A DNA stretch of 64,000 nt from Felis catus (lineage: Eukaryota), in NCBI RefSeq assembly GCF_018350175.1, contig NC_058383.1, positions 8,620,001 to 8,684,000 on the forward strand. The letters are read 5' to 3'. This document shows positions 50,375 to 63,152 of the stretch, piece by piece (position 1 is the stretch's first letter; the number at the start of each line of letters is the position of its first letter). Under the pieces are notes generated by a model, which made no database searches, had not been told where the DNA came from, and was given only the letters and a program-made list of their open reading frames with translations. Both the position numbers and the translations under genes were made by a program.

Positions 50375-52147
50375 ACTTTGTTTTGTTAATGCCGCTCTTT
50401 GTGGGGGTAGGAAATTATTCATTTGTTCTCTCTGATACTCCATAGAAACCCTCCCTCCCTCTCCCCCCCCCCCCCCCCCCAGAAGTATCTGGTGAATTTT
50501 TCCTTTCGGCGGTAACGACTTGGTTCCTAAAGGGCCACTCCGGTATCTGGCAACATGATAAAGCTCAAATAATAAACTTGGACGTTTAATCATTCTAGAA
50601 TCACCCACCGTTAAGTTATCATAAGACTTTAACTAGGAAAAGTTTAAAGATTAAAAGTGAGATTTTTAACTGTTACCAATTAAACTCTTTAAGCCAGTTT
50701 ATCAACCCAAGAGGTTATTTCCTCGTTTCTTTGGGGTCCCTGCCCTCGAGCGTGATGGAGTAATGGGTGCAAATCGCACCGAGTTCAGCCCCGGTCAGTA
50801 AATGGCTGGTGGCTCTATTTCCTCCCTGCGTCCCTGCCAGATCCTGCAGCAGACCCCAAGCCACTGGGGAGGCCCGGAGCAGAGGAGTTAGCTTGAGCAT
50901 GGACCATTTGAGAGAGAATCCAGTGCTAGCTAGCTCCATCGCTCATTTGCATATTGATCTCAGTAGCATCGGGACAGAAACTTCAGCTTCTTCTGCAGAA
51001 ATATATCATGCATCCTTCATGCATGTGGGGTCATGCATGCAGGGGTCATGTGAGAAGTGTGTGAGATTCTTTGAAGGTAAATGTCCAGCCCCACACCAGG
51101 AGTGGAGCAGATATTCGGGTCAGGTGATCTTGACCAAGGTCACTGAGCATTCTGAGATTCGGACCCATATATATACACGGAACTAATCAGGTCCTGGTTA
51201 CTAGGCAGGTGAAATGAATTCAGGTAAACAGAGCATATAGTAGGTGCTCAGTAAACATTTCTGTGCTGTGTTCTTTTCTCCCTCGCTCTGTTCTACAAGT
51301 AGTTCTGAGCCCTTGCCAGGAGCCAGGGGCAATCTGAGGTTCGGGGAGACAGCAGGCACTGAGAGAAGGTTCCAGCTCTCCTAGGGGGCAGGCAGACAGT
51401 GGCCAAGTAAACATAGCAAGCACCTGGCACGCAGGGTACCTAAAGGTGGTGGTCAGAACTGAAACAGGACACTACGGTAGCAGGTGAGTATGGATGGGGT
51501 GAGGGTTCTTCAGAGAGTTCAGGCAGCTTTTTGAATCAAAGATGGACAATGGCCCTTTGTATCTCCCCACAGAGGATGAACTTGGGCAAGTTGTTAGTGG
51601 TGGTGGTGGGGGGGGGTCTCTCAAGTTCCTTTTAGGTCGAAGCCTGGTCATCTTTGTTTATTCCTGATACTCAGTTACTTTCCAACCACAGATTCGGTCC
51701 CTCTAATTTCTGAGACCAGGATGCTATTCACTTTGGACATTGGAAAGTTCGGTCAATGGACCTCTGAGTGTGAGGGTTACCTTATTTTGTTCAGTCGCCT
51801 TTGGCCCAGAAAAGTGACTTCTTAGGTAATCAGTGAAGAATTAATCTCTGAGTTTGATGTGTTGGTGACCCAGGAGCCCGGACCAAGGGGCGGCAGGGTG
51901 GCGTCAGAGAACGCACCACCCGCCGCCCCGCCCCAGGCCACGCTTCCTTCAAGCTGTGAACCCCGTGGGGCCATCTGTCCAGGTCACTCCCCGAAACGTG
52001 GATGGGGCTGGCGTTCCCTTTCCTTCCTGAGCCTGCGTGTCGTCTCCTTGTGTGTCTGGCAGTCTTTAAAGGACTATTTTAAGTATAACAGACAAGTAAG
52101 TGTCAAAAGGAAAAGCCTGTAATTGGATTCACGCGGTATGAAGTTTA

Positions 52148-52310
52148 GTCGGGACCATGCTGAGTTGTACGACCTCTCTGGGCCCCCGTCTTCTCGTCCA
52201 AACACGGGGAGTGATGACAACTCTCCCGGAGTTCTTATGAGTCAGACAACATGTTGTAGAATAATCCAGAATAACCTTGGCAAATAGTAGAGGCTCCATA
52301 AACGGCATGT
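52148..52310 (+). mobile_element. MIR fragment
   Basis: acctctctgggccccc...ttctcgtc...ggggagtgatga...cttggcaaatagtagaggctccataaac. Confidence 0.55.
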
Positions 52311-52379
52311 TGTATGTGCGTTATTAAAATCTAATCTTCTGAAAGGAGAAATTGTGGTCACTAATGTGTTTTATTTTTA

Positions 52380-52497
52380 AGTTTGTTTGTTTTTGTTTTT
52401 GTTTTTTTAATAATCTCTACACCCAGCTTGGGGCTTGAACTCACATCCCTGAGCTCAAGAGTCACACACTCTTCCCACTGAGCCAGCCAGGCGCCCC
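52380..52497 (-). mobile_element. Short old-type CAN-SINE
   Basis: taatctctacacccagcttggggcttgaactcaca...aagagtcac...ctgagccagccaggcgcccc. Confidence 0.88.
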
Positions 52498-53202
52498 CAC
52501 ACGCATATTTTAAAGCTATAAATGAACAGTGAAATTTTCAAAGTACTCTTAAAAGCTCAGGGTAGACCTATCAGTCTGTAAAACTACAGACCCAGTTTCT
52601 AGTGTGGACTTGAGTCGATTGAGTGAAAGAAAAGCAGTTTCTGTATAGAGATGGTCGTTTTCTCTCCCTTTGGCTGAGCTTGGCTGTTCATGGGGCAAGT
52701 ACTTGCCCCTGGACTTGCTCTGTGGAAACCATTCTTCCCGAGTGGCGCGGGACGCGTCTTTCCAGTCTGTAATGGTAACCTCAGCCCAAACGCATGTTGA
52801 ATGGAGGAGGTCATTCTCGGGAAGGTCTTTTCGATAGGCACCCTGGTTGTGTGCATGTTGTAAGGCGGCTGAACGTGAAGGCCGTATGTTTTGGTCGGAA
52901 TTGTGGCGAACTCTCGTTTACTGACACTTCGTTGTTTCCGAAGAGCTCAGCATTATGCCAGCTTCACGACCCCTCGCTGTCACCCCAGGATGCGGGTGCC
53001 GTTAGTGCCACTTAAGCGCGCATCAGCCACCTGCCTACCAGGCAGCAGGCTCCGGAGAATGAGGCCGTAACCACTGTGCTGCTCTGTCTCCTTTTAGCTT
53101 CTAGAAGCTGACTTTTCGCCACTTAACTGTGAGCGGCGCCTCTTCTATTAGTAGAAAACAGTACCGACTTTGAGTGTTACTCCAAAGTGACGCACTCCTA
53201 CA

Positions 53203-53252
53203 GCGCGTGTGCGTGTGTGCGTGCGTGCGTGTGTGTGTGTGTGTGTGTGTGT
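53203..53252. repeat. Compound (GC/GT)n alternating purine-pyrimidine tract ending in (GT)12
   Basis: gcgcgtgtgcgtgtgtgcgtgcgtgc(gt)12. Confidence 0.9.
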
Positions 53253-54024
53253 TCTGTGGGAGTGTGCCCAGGGAGGAGTCAGCAGCTGACATGCTGGGAT
53301 TTATCGTAAACCAGAGCACAGCAAAGTTTCCCCTTGTGTCTTGAAATTACGTCAGTCAAGGAAAGACACCTGCCATCCCACCGACCCTGAGATTTGTTGT
53401 CTCGAGTTTTTCTTTCATTGGTCGGGGGCAGGGGGCTGCGGGCTGGGGTGGGTGCAACTAATCCCTGAACGTTGATGATGAAGCAGTGTGCCCACTCTGG
53501 GTTTTAACTGGCAAACCTGAGTTGCGTAAAAACAGTAAGTTTACAAGGAGCGTTACGAGCCCGCCGTGCGGAGCACGGTAATTTTGTCTGTAGCCCACTA
53601 TTTTTCCCAGAAGACCTCATGATACGGTCGATAGAGTTAAAGAGTGTGTTTTTCGGGAATCTGGACACTTGGATCCTGATTCTGGCTCCGCCAGGGCCTG
53701 CGTTTCTGATCCAAGCAAGCGAGGTCTCTTCTGTCGTTGGATCTGAGAAAGGAGCAACGGCATGATGCTGTGTGGCCGAGCACCGGACGTCCGGAAAGCG
53801 CCCCCAGCTCGCTCCTGCACACCCTCCCTGTGGCTCCAGACTTAGGTGCGGCCCTTTCTTAGCAGGCCTCGCCTACTTTACCCTCTTGGGGTTTTCTGTT
53901 CTGAGTTCATTTTGCATGCAGCTGAGAGTCATGGCGATCCCGCTGGGCGTGCAGTGGGTGTCCCCGGGCGGCTCTGTTTTGAGGGCTCCGGTCGCTGCAG
54001 GGACACAGCAGTGTGTAACAGCCA

Positions 54025-54180
54025 GTAACAGCAGCTGCCGCTTACTGAGCCCTTCACCACGTGCCGAACAGCGTTCTGAACGCTTTCGATGTATCGGCTC
54101 ATTTAACACAGGATGCCTGGGAAATAAGTACGTCGTTTATCCCCGTTGCAAAGAGCGGGAAACTGAGGCTCAGAGAGGAG
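54025..54180 (-). mobile_element. MIR fragment
   Basis: ttactgagcc...gtgcc...gttctgaacgcttt...ctcatttaa...atcccc...ggaaactgaggctcagagagg. Confidence 0.75.
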
Positions 54181-54909
54181 GAGGGGCAGGGGGAAGGACC
54201 ACAGCTAATAAGTGGAGAAGCTGGCTGGAGATTTCCAGTCCGGGCCGACTGGCCGCAGGGCTGTGCCAGAGCAGGTCCTTGGGGAGCACTTACGAGCTCT
54301 GGCGGCTACAGTCCCGGCACGCAGGGCCTCCCTCCCCTGCCCCAGTCTCCCCAGCAGCTACACTTCCCAGTGCACTTAGCGGGTGAAGGAGCCTGGATCA
54401 CTGCAGCCTGATGCAGCTTCCAGCTGCGGGACCCCTCCCCACCCCGCCTGTGGTTCCCTCCTTCACATTTGAAAGGTCACCGTTCTAGCTTCAGAAGGCC
54501 GCCCGGGTCCCCCTGATGTGACCTCATACTTATTCATCCATCCGCTGAGTCTGCACTTGGGGTGCTTCAAGGAGGCCGCCGCTGAGAGCCTCTGGGACAG
54601 GTATCCTGACGTCCGGCCACGGTCCGGCTCTTCCCGACCTCAGCCCCTGACACGTTCCTCGCCACCCGCAACGCTGTGCCGCGAGGACTGCATTCGGAAG
54701 GTACGGGACACATTTCACCCCTAAAAATATTTTGCGTCAAACAGACCCTGTCCCGTGTTTCTTTTAAGAACTCGTCTGAGGGAGTAGCCACTGAGGCAGA
54801 AAGACCCGGAAGGTCTGTGCCCTCCTGCCTCCCCCAGGCCCCACTCACGGGCCTCACGCAGGGTATTACCTGCAGTGACTTAGTCCTTTTGTACACCAAG
54901 CTGTGTACC

Positions 54910-56510
54910 TGGGTTTAATTATTTTTTTTCTATGAAATATTTCTAGCATCCCGAGAAGTGGGGAAAACAACACTTTCTTGCCCTTCCTGAAGATCGGGTC
55001 CGTGTTGACATTTTGCCCATTTGCTTCTGATGCCCGTTTTTTCAAACAGGAATAACATCTTAAATACACAGCTCAGATCCTACCTCTGTTCCTTCTCCTG
55101 CCTTCTTCCTTAGCTGTAAACCCCATCCTAAAACCGATGTTTCCTTTCCGTCCGCTTTTTGCATTCATGGCAACGTTTATGCCCTCGTAAGCAGTGGATG
55201 TTGTGTGCGTACACAGGTTTTACTATTTATGCAAACCGTGCTGTGCAAAGCGTATCTTGCTATACACGTATATGTCCTTTGACCCCTGGCCTTTTTCACG
55301 TGTCGGAGAGTTAGTCCTGTGTGCTGCCCGTATGCACCTCGCGTATTCGCTCGAGCTGTGACCCGGGGTTCCGCCGTGCGTGGGAACCACAGCAGATGGC
55401 AGCGGTTGCCACTGAGGCAGCAGGTGGGTTTCGGGTCACGGCTGACACTCTTTCCTTATGATGCCGTGGACTGACTGGCCCTGGTGCTCGTGCTGGGGAG
55501 TTTTGTGGGGTGGGGACATCCAGAGGTGCGGTCGCTGGTCGCAGCTTGAAAAGCTCCGTGGGCCACAGAGTCGCTCTCGGTGGCGCACGCCGTTGCCCCC
55601 ACCGGCGAGCTTCCGGCCAGGTCCTCACTGATTTTTGCTGTCATTTCCTCATTTGCAATGTGGGTGAGCACTCTCTTGGACAACGAATGACTCGCCTGCA
55701 CGGTGTCGTCTTTTGTGTTTTAACTGCTCATACCCTTTGCTCATTTTATCTCCTTGGCCCTTGACTATTTTCTCACCGATTTGTGGGCAGTTTTAATACT
55801 CTCAATCGGGACCTTCTGTTGTGTGTGCTTTGCTGGTATTTCCTCCCCGGCCGTGGCCGGTCTTTTCTCTATGTTTCTAGTGTCATTTGTCGCTGGAAGA
55901 TTTTAATTTTAGTGCAGACGAATGTTTTCCAGTTTTAGATGTGAAGTTTACATTCTTTCTGTATCTTATTTCAGAAGTCTTCCCAATGCTGATGTCATAA
56001 AGACAGTCTCCTGTGTTTTCTTTTCTTTCTTTTTAAGTTTTTTTTTTTTTTTAAACTTAAGTAATCTCTATACCCAGCATGAGGCTCGAACTCACAACCC
56101 CAAGATCAGGAGTCGCATGCTCTTCTGACCGAGCCAGCCAGGCGCCCCTCCTGTGTTTTCTTTCAATAGTTTTTTGGTGTTGCTTTTAACGTTAGGCCTG
56201 TAATGTGTTTGTGTGATGCTCTGATTTGCTCCTGTCCGTTGAGAGCCCCTCATCCCAGAACCATTTACCGTGGGGTCCACCTTTCCCCAGTCTCATTGCT
56301 AAGGCTGGACATCCTGTAGAGCAGTGTCCTCACTGCTCTTCAGAATGATTTAGATTGTACTTCCGCATGACTTTCCAGAATCATTTATTCACTTCCATTC
56401 TAGAAATTCCATCGGCATTTGTACTGGGATCCCACTGAATTTGTAGATTCGTTTGGAGAGACTTTATAAAGTGTTGAGGGTTCTGATGGAATCACTTCAT
56501 TTAGATCTTA
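54910..56510 (-). mobile_element. Old L1 (L1ME-like) fragment(s), interrupted by a SINE
   Basis: Multiple antisense old-L1 motifs: tgttgacattttgcccatttgcttc, catttcctcattt...aatgtgggtgagca, tttgctcatttt, ttttaattttag, ccagaaccattta, ctgaatttgtagatt. Confidence 0.65.
56024..56148 (-). mobile_element. Short old-type CAN-SINE with perfect 15-bp TSD
   Basis: taagtaatctctatacccagcatgaggctcgaactcacaaccc...gagccagccaggcgcccc; TSD TCCTGTGTTTTCTTT at 56009-56023 and 56149-56163. Confidence 0.93.
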
Positions 56511-59500
56511 GGTGAATTTCATTCAGTGCGTGACTGCAGGGATCCGTGAAAACGGTACCCTCTTAACTTGCCCTCGTTCATGGTGTGGATACGGCATAGT
56601 CCCAACTGAAGGATTGATCATTGTAGTCTGGAGCCAGGCACAAAAATAAACCCCGCTCTGTTATCATAGGTGGCTGTGATTAAGATCAGGGGGAAAGGTC
56701 GGCTGCATGCCTCCCAACATTGACAGTTTCGCTCAGAAGATTAAGTGGTTCTTCATTTTTGGCCCAGGCCATCAGTAGCTTAAAGCCATTACTGTCTATT
56801 GGCTGTTTGGTTTGTCTGAAATATGGGGCTGGTCTCAGCCTGTTTCCCTGGGGCCAGGTGTGTTCACATAATCAAAGTGCCGGGAGCCCATAGCCTGTGT
56901 GCGTGCGTGCGTGTGTGAGTGTGCACGTACGAGCCCGGGTCAGCCTCCTCTGGGGAGGAACGCACGAGGCCAAGATACAGAGATGTTCTTCTCATGTTTG
57001 CATTTTACAATGTGCGCCCTTTATTAGTAGAGCGTTTTCCGGCCTGTTTTTGAGACAGGCTTGTTCAGCCAGTTACGTGTGCTTTCGAAAATGACCATTT
57101 GTGAAGCTGTCAACCGTTGGCACGGCGAAGAAAAATGAAGATCCCTTTTCTGTTGATGTGTGTTCAGGGATTTTCATCAGCCAATGCAGTTCCCATGACC
57201 TATTCGGGAAAGGGTGATAGCTTCTGTTTCCTTGAATTAAAAGTCAGTGACGACGAGGAAATTTTTATTTATTTTGTTTATATATAAACAAGCCAGGAAA
57301 AGCATTTCATATATATATTGAAATGATTGATTTGCCACACCAAAGAAAAAAATGCTGGTTCCCACAGTGATATGACTCTCTACCCCCCCCCCCCCCCCCC
57401 CCGCCAATGATCTGTGAATAGGAGTGAAGTTAATAGTAAAAAATTTGATCTGGACAGGTTGGGCTAATACCGTGGAGAACAGAACTTATGGTTTAATTCT
57501 CTTTGCTCCTTTAAGGCAAGGGAAACAGTCACCTATTTTTTTTTCTTTTTCTTCCGAATCTATTTGTACTTCAAATTAGATTCACTGTATTCAGTTCCTT
57601 GATTTTAAGTGCGAGAAGTGAGTTCCTTGGTAACCCTTTTCAAGTGACTGAACTGATATGTTAGAACCAGAAGAGCTGAGAGTCATTTTTATTTGAAATT
57701 CTTTTCGCATTAATACATCTGCAGTGTTGAGGAATATATGGAAAATTGAAATAGTGCTTCTATCCTGCCGTGTCTCCAGCACGTCAATAAATCACCTTTT
57801 TTTTCCTTTTAAAATGTCTGGCCTCGTAATTTATGTTTGCATAACCCATTACTAAATTCATAGTAGGTGTTTTAGTTGGCAGAGGCATTATTCCAGGGAT
57901 TCTGAAGATCTTGAAAAAAAAATACAGAGCCTTTGTTAGTATTTATATTTTAAGTGGACATTTTCCTTAAAAAAATAATGATTTAGGTTTTTTTAAAAAG
58001 AATTTGGAGCTATTTACCTTTCTCTTAAGCAAACAATATTAAGTCTGTCTTCCCACATTATCAGCTGTCGTGGATTTCTTAATAGACTTTTATTTCCTTT
58101 CTTTCTTCTTTGGATTAAAACCGGCAGGAGAAAAGGAGCCCGATCTTTAGATCAGACTAATTTCTATATAATTTTCTCTAGGTTTCATGAGACACAGAAA
58201 ATAAGAATTTCTCTGTTAGTAATTTTTTAATTTCGTAAATGCATTTGGCCGTTTTTGTTATAAGTGAAGATGAATATATTCATTCATTTAGAACCCTATT
58301 TGGTGCTTGACCAGAAATAGAAATGCTCAGGGTGAGTTTCACATACTTGTGGCTTACCTTTGAGACTTTCTAATTTTTAACCAGACATTTAAAAATAATC
58401 ATTGTGTCTTCTAAGCTCTAAGTTAGGAAAACGTTCAGAGCTTTACTTCGAAATGACGAGAAGAATTATTTCTGGTTTTTTATTGCAAAATTTTAAAAAG
58501 TGACTTCTATGGTAGTGAAAAAGCCGGAAAGGCCATTCATGGTTTTCTGAAGAAGTTTGCTTTATTTGCGATGTCTAACCTTCTCTTTCCCTGACTCTCA
58601 TTAGCTGGTCAGTAAAGTTTTCAATATAAAATATGTCTCAGCCCATTGAAATGACTGCGGCCAATCAGAGGAGGGATTGGCTCCCCCCGGCCCCCCCCAC
58701 CCAGGGGAGCCTTAATATGTTTATCAGGAAGTCTGTAGCCCTCAGTCCTTTGTGAGATGGCTTACAGGTCATTGTTCAAAGGAGGGTGTTGTGTTTAAAA
58801 ATGCAGAATTTAACAGGGTTCACACTACGATCCGAAAGTCCAGTTGTGCTGTATAAGCTCGAAAACCTTTGACTTCCCCCTACCTGAGGATGAAAAGAAA
58901 CGGCCGTTTTCTTTGTTTCTGCTTATTTGAGAGTCCTGGCTATTTAGACATCTTTTAAAGTGCCTTCTCTTCGTTGATAACATCACTTCATTCTCAGAGA
59001 TGTTTATTCCCGCCGTGCCTGCTCTGACCACCTTCTACGCTTAACGGAGTAACTTCTGTTCCTTGTACTTCTGCACTTCTGGAAACTTGAGGGGGCATAC
59101 CTCAGGCCGCCTGGTGAAGTGCAAGGGTTTCGTGAGTGTCCAACTTGTAAAAACGCAGCTCTCAGAGGGGAGCCTCTCGTGACTCTTCCAAGAACGACGA
59201 GAGCAGATTATAGAAGTGGTGTTCCTGCTTTCAGTAGATGAGAAACACATTCTCTGGCTTCCTGTGGAGTTTTCTTCCCCCTCTCCGTCCACCCCCTGCC
59301 CTTGGACTTGGTGGCCCCATCGGCGTGAGCCTTGCGGTTGTGTCCCAGAAAGCATTTCCACCAGGGGAAGGTGCTGTGCCAGAAGCTGGAAGAAAGGAGA
59401 AAGGAGGTGTTTATCGTCCCAAAGACGCCTTCCAACTTTTATTATTAACTCCTTTCCAAAGTAAACTTTCGGGTTTGTTTCAAGTCGCTTCTGGCCAAAG

Positions 59501-60157
59501 TGCAGTTGGGTTTGCCGTGTCCTGGAGGAGTCGAGGCGAGAACGGCATCACCCTGGCCCGGGAGGGGGAAGGAATCCGGACGCCACCTGCGGGGGCAGTT
59601 TGGACGTGCGGAACCAGGGGCACGGATGACTGAGGCCCGCCTCAGTTAGCCCTTTCTCAGTCCTGTGCCATGCGAGGGGTGCTGGGGGTCCCCGGAGTTC
59701 CCCCAGGCCACCCCTGATCCGGCCGGAGATCGGTGTGGAAATGGAACATTTCAGTGAAGAGTAGTAATTGGCAAATGGAGGGGGCGGCGCCCCGTGGACG
59801 CCTGGGGCAAAGAGGAGGGGTCCGTGGGAGAGGCTGGAGCCCTGACCCGGCCTGGGCCAGTGTGGGACTGTCACCAGGGGTGAACAGCCCGCGGCAGGTG
59901 GGGTGGGCACTGGCCCGGTGGAGAGACTCCAGGGCAAGGCTGGGGAGCGTGGGCCTCCCTCTGCCAAGTGGTCACAGGGCGCACACGTAGAAGGGATGTG
60001 GCCAGGTTTACGTGCTGCGGGGTCGGTGCCACGCGCCGTGGTCAAGCACATGGATGTTCCAGGAACAGAGGTGGAGCCAGAACATGTGAGACGCTGCTCT
60101 CATGGGCCCGGCGAGAAACAGCATGCTCTATGAGTAAGCGAGCAAGCCACGGTTATG

Positions 60158-60860
60158 TCGTATTCATACAGCAAGTGCCTGTTGTGTACCTTCTCTGTGC
60201 CAGGCACTGTCCCAGTCCCCAAGGACACGGCAGTGAACAGAATACCCCAAATGCCTGCCCTCTCGATGCTTACCTCTGAGTGGAGGCGATAGCAAGCCAG
60301 AACATAGGAACGCGTTCCGGGAAATGTGGATATGGAATCCAATCCTGGGATTGTGGAAGCAGAGACCGTGAACTTGGGAAATGCTTGGCTGAGAAGGGCA
60401 GGAAAGAGGCAGGCAGTGGCCAGAACGACAAGGTTTCAGGGGGTGGTTTTCCCCACCCTTAGGGGGACCTGAGCTTGCGTCTAGGTGGCAGTGGGTGGGG
60501 AGAGCGAGAGTCCATGAGACCAGGGGCGTCATTCTGAAGGAAGGTCTGAGTCACAGAAGTGGGAAGAGGGACCGGGCTCCCCGGCTAGAGGGCAGGAGTG
60601 AGTTCGGGTGGATAATAGGGAATCGGCCAGAAGCGAAGACAAGTTCCGGCTAGTGACACGGACTCTCCTGGGGAAGTAGGAGAAGAAATTGTCCTTGAGG
60701 GGTGAGCAGGGGGGCCGAGTGCTAGGGGGTGGGGAGAGGGCAAGGTTTGAGATGGCCAAGAACGTGACGGCAGAGGGATTTGGCGAAGCAAACCAGGATG
60801 TGGCGGTCATGGATGTGGGCTGGTGCCCGCCCTCCAGGTGTGCAGAAGGACACGGTGGGG
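60158..60860 (-). mobile_element. L2 (L2a-like) relic
   Basis: tattcatacagcaagtgcctgttgtgtaccttctctgtgccaggcactgt...cagtgaacag...cctgccctc...gcttacctctgagtgg, followed by further G-rich L2-like sequence. Confidence 0.7.
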
Positions 60861-61085
60861 GTCCTGCTTAGGATGGCACGGGACCCGTGGAGAAGTTCCC
60901 CGGGTGACCAACCCTGTGGTCCCACCGGCTTCCTTGCCTTGGGGTTTCCTGTCGCTTCGCCTGCTCACGCCGGCCCCCGTGCTCTTGAAACTATACAGTA
61001 CCCAGCACGTTTCTCACCTCTCCTGGTTTTAATGGTGAAGAAATCAGCTTTGCTTCCCGTCACGCAGGAGCCACCACCCTGTGTC

Positions 61086-61255
61086 GGTATTTTCCTAACT
61101 TAGCGAATCATAAAAATCTCCTGGGTGTGTGCTTGTTAAAAATACTGTCCCTGGGCCCCACCCCGCGCATAGTGAGCCGTGATCTCCTGGGAAGGGCCCG
61201 GGGACCTGCATTTACAACCAGCACCTGCCGGTTCTTGCTTGGGGAATTTGTTCTG
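61086..61255. mobile_element. MER5B-like hAT-Charlie fossil
   Basis: ttcctaactt...atcataaaaatctcctggg...cttgttaaaaatac...ccctgggccccacccc...gggcccgggga.ctgcattt..aac.agcacc. Confidence 0.7.
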
Positions 61256-62624
61256 GGTGGGGGCGCCCAGGCTCCCTCGGTCTCCCCGGTTGGGGTGGCC
61301 TCTTCCTCCGTGAAGATGTAGACGCCTTTTCCTGCCGGACCATGAGGCAGCTCCGGCTTTCATTTGCCTTTTTCTCTGATGCCCCACGACACTGTCGACG
61401 TGCAGGGAGCGTCTGCAGAGTGGCCACCTGAGACCCAGGGGTGGCCAGGACAGGCTGGGGGGGGGGGGTCAGTCACGAGCCCTCCGTGACATCAGTGCTG
61501 TCCCTTCTGGAGGGCAGCTGGGAACCCTCCTCCCTCGCGGCGTTCAGGAAAGCCTCGTGGAAAGGGGTGTTGTCCTAAACTGTGAAGATTTGGAAGCGTT
61601 TCCTGGGGCTTCCAGCCCAGGGCTCCGTGACTGGCTGAGGCCTCAGCACTGTACAGGGGCGGTGCCAGGATTCCACGGAATTCCTTTTGGCCAGAGACCG
61701 CCCACCGCCCCGGCTTTGCGGTAGGCCGGGGTTACTGAGATGTCCCGGGTGGCGGGGTGCGAGGGCACCGTGCGGAGTCCCGGAGCGGGGAGGAGCCACG
61801 GGCTGGAACTCTCCTACCTCGGAGGGGCTGCGGTAGGACGCCCGGAGCGTGTGGAGGCCAGAAACCGTGTCTAGGAGACCCCCCCCCAGAGGAGGATTTG
61901 GTGGCAGTGGTCTCTGTGGTACCCAAAGCATGGTGGTAACAATAATCACGGACGCCGGCGCTCGGGCCTGCACATCACACCCGGGCACTGTGCTAACGTG
62001 CCCTGCACACGCGCCCCGAGCGCTTGTCCCAGCAAGCCTCTGAGGCAGGCTGTCCCCACCCCCAGCGTGCCGAGGAGGGGGATGAGGCCTCGCTGGCACC
62101 AAGCCGCCCGGCTGGGATGTGGCCGTGCAGGGTCCCAGCCTGCCAGCCTGGCCCCAGAGCCGTGCTCTGCATCCCTGCTCTCTCACCCCCGCAGCACGGA
62201 GCGTGGCACCGGTGGCCCGAGGCGCCTGGCCAGTGTCCTGTTTTCCCAGGAATGATGTTAGTGGTGATGTTACGATATCACACGTTTCCTCCTCCCCAGT
62301 GCTTTCTAGCCGATGTGAGTTTAGCAGGCACCGAAGTTTTTATAAATAATGGGAGACCATCTTAAGTTGAGCACATTCTTTCTCTGTTCTACCCACACTT
62401 AACCCCTCCTGCGCCCCCGTCCCCGTAAAAGGCCAGGAGAAGGGTGAATAAGTGAAGTAATTATAATCATTAGTAGCGCCTGTCCCGGTCTAGCTACTCA
62501 TGGGGCTTGAATGTTATCAGTCGGTGAGAAACGCTGTGACCTGTTTTTGGTTACGCTGTAATCCCTTTTCTGGGAACAGCGTGGAGATATTAGTGTAAAA
62601 TCAATTCTTCACTTGGGGAGAGAT

Positions 62625-62975
62625 TTTTTTTTTTTTTTTTAAGGTCAGGTTTACGCTCGGTAAAATCCACCCGTGTTAGGGCGTCTGCCTCTGTGAATTT
62701 TGAGGCGTGTACCGTTAGGGGCCGCCTGACCACTGAGCAGTGCCAGATTCTTTCACGCCTCTTTGTCATCAGCCTCTAACCCCGTCCCTAGCCCGTGGCG
62801 ACGCCTGGTCTGTTTTCTGTTCCCATAATTTTACATTTTCCAGAATGCCAGGTAAATGGATCATACAGCCTTTGAGTCTGGCTTCTGTCCCTTGGCCACG
62901 CTGGTGAAAGGTGTCAATACTTCCTGTCTGCTTAAAGGAGGGCCCACTCGAATTCCCTTGCATGGACGTACCACA
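62625..62975 (-). mobile_element. Old L1 (L1MB/MC-like) 3' end
   Basis: Poly-T then gtaaaatccacc...tgtgaattttga...tctgttttctgt..c.ataatttt.cattttccagaatg...taaatggatcatacag...ttgagtctggcttct. Confidence 0.75.
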
Positions 62976-63065
62976 GCAGGGAGGGATTGGCAAAACTGGT
63001 TGGACTCCCCTTAGCTCAGGATCCCCAGGATCCAGTCCCCTGGGCCGTTGGAGCCGCGCACAGCC

Positions 63066-63152
63066 AGGGCACCGGTCGGTAGAGCCCGGTCGGTAGAGCA
63101 CACGACTTGATCTTGGAGTTGTGAGTTCAAGCCCCACGAGGGGCGTAAAGCT
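63066..63152 (+). mobile_element. Degenerate short CAN-SINE with tandem 14-bp duplication in the A-box region
   Basis: CCGGTCGGTAGAGC at 63072-63085 and 63086-63099, then cttgatcttggagttgtgagttcaagccccac. Confidence 0.75.

Noticed and set aside
51815..51832. Possible recursive splice site (cttcttag|gtaatc); similar AG|GT at 35550 and 58181
   Set aside because: Short pyrimidine tract or poor donor match; not distinguishable from background without RNA-seq sawtooth data.
59578..59598. CTCF-like motifs (also about 14255, 44345 and 60582)
   Set aside because: Each has mismatches at core positions, and such matches are common in GC-rich DNA; not supportable without PWM scoring or ChIP data.
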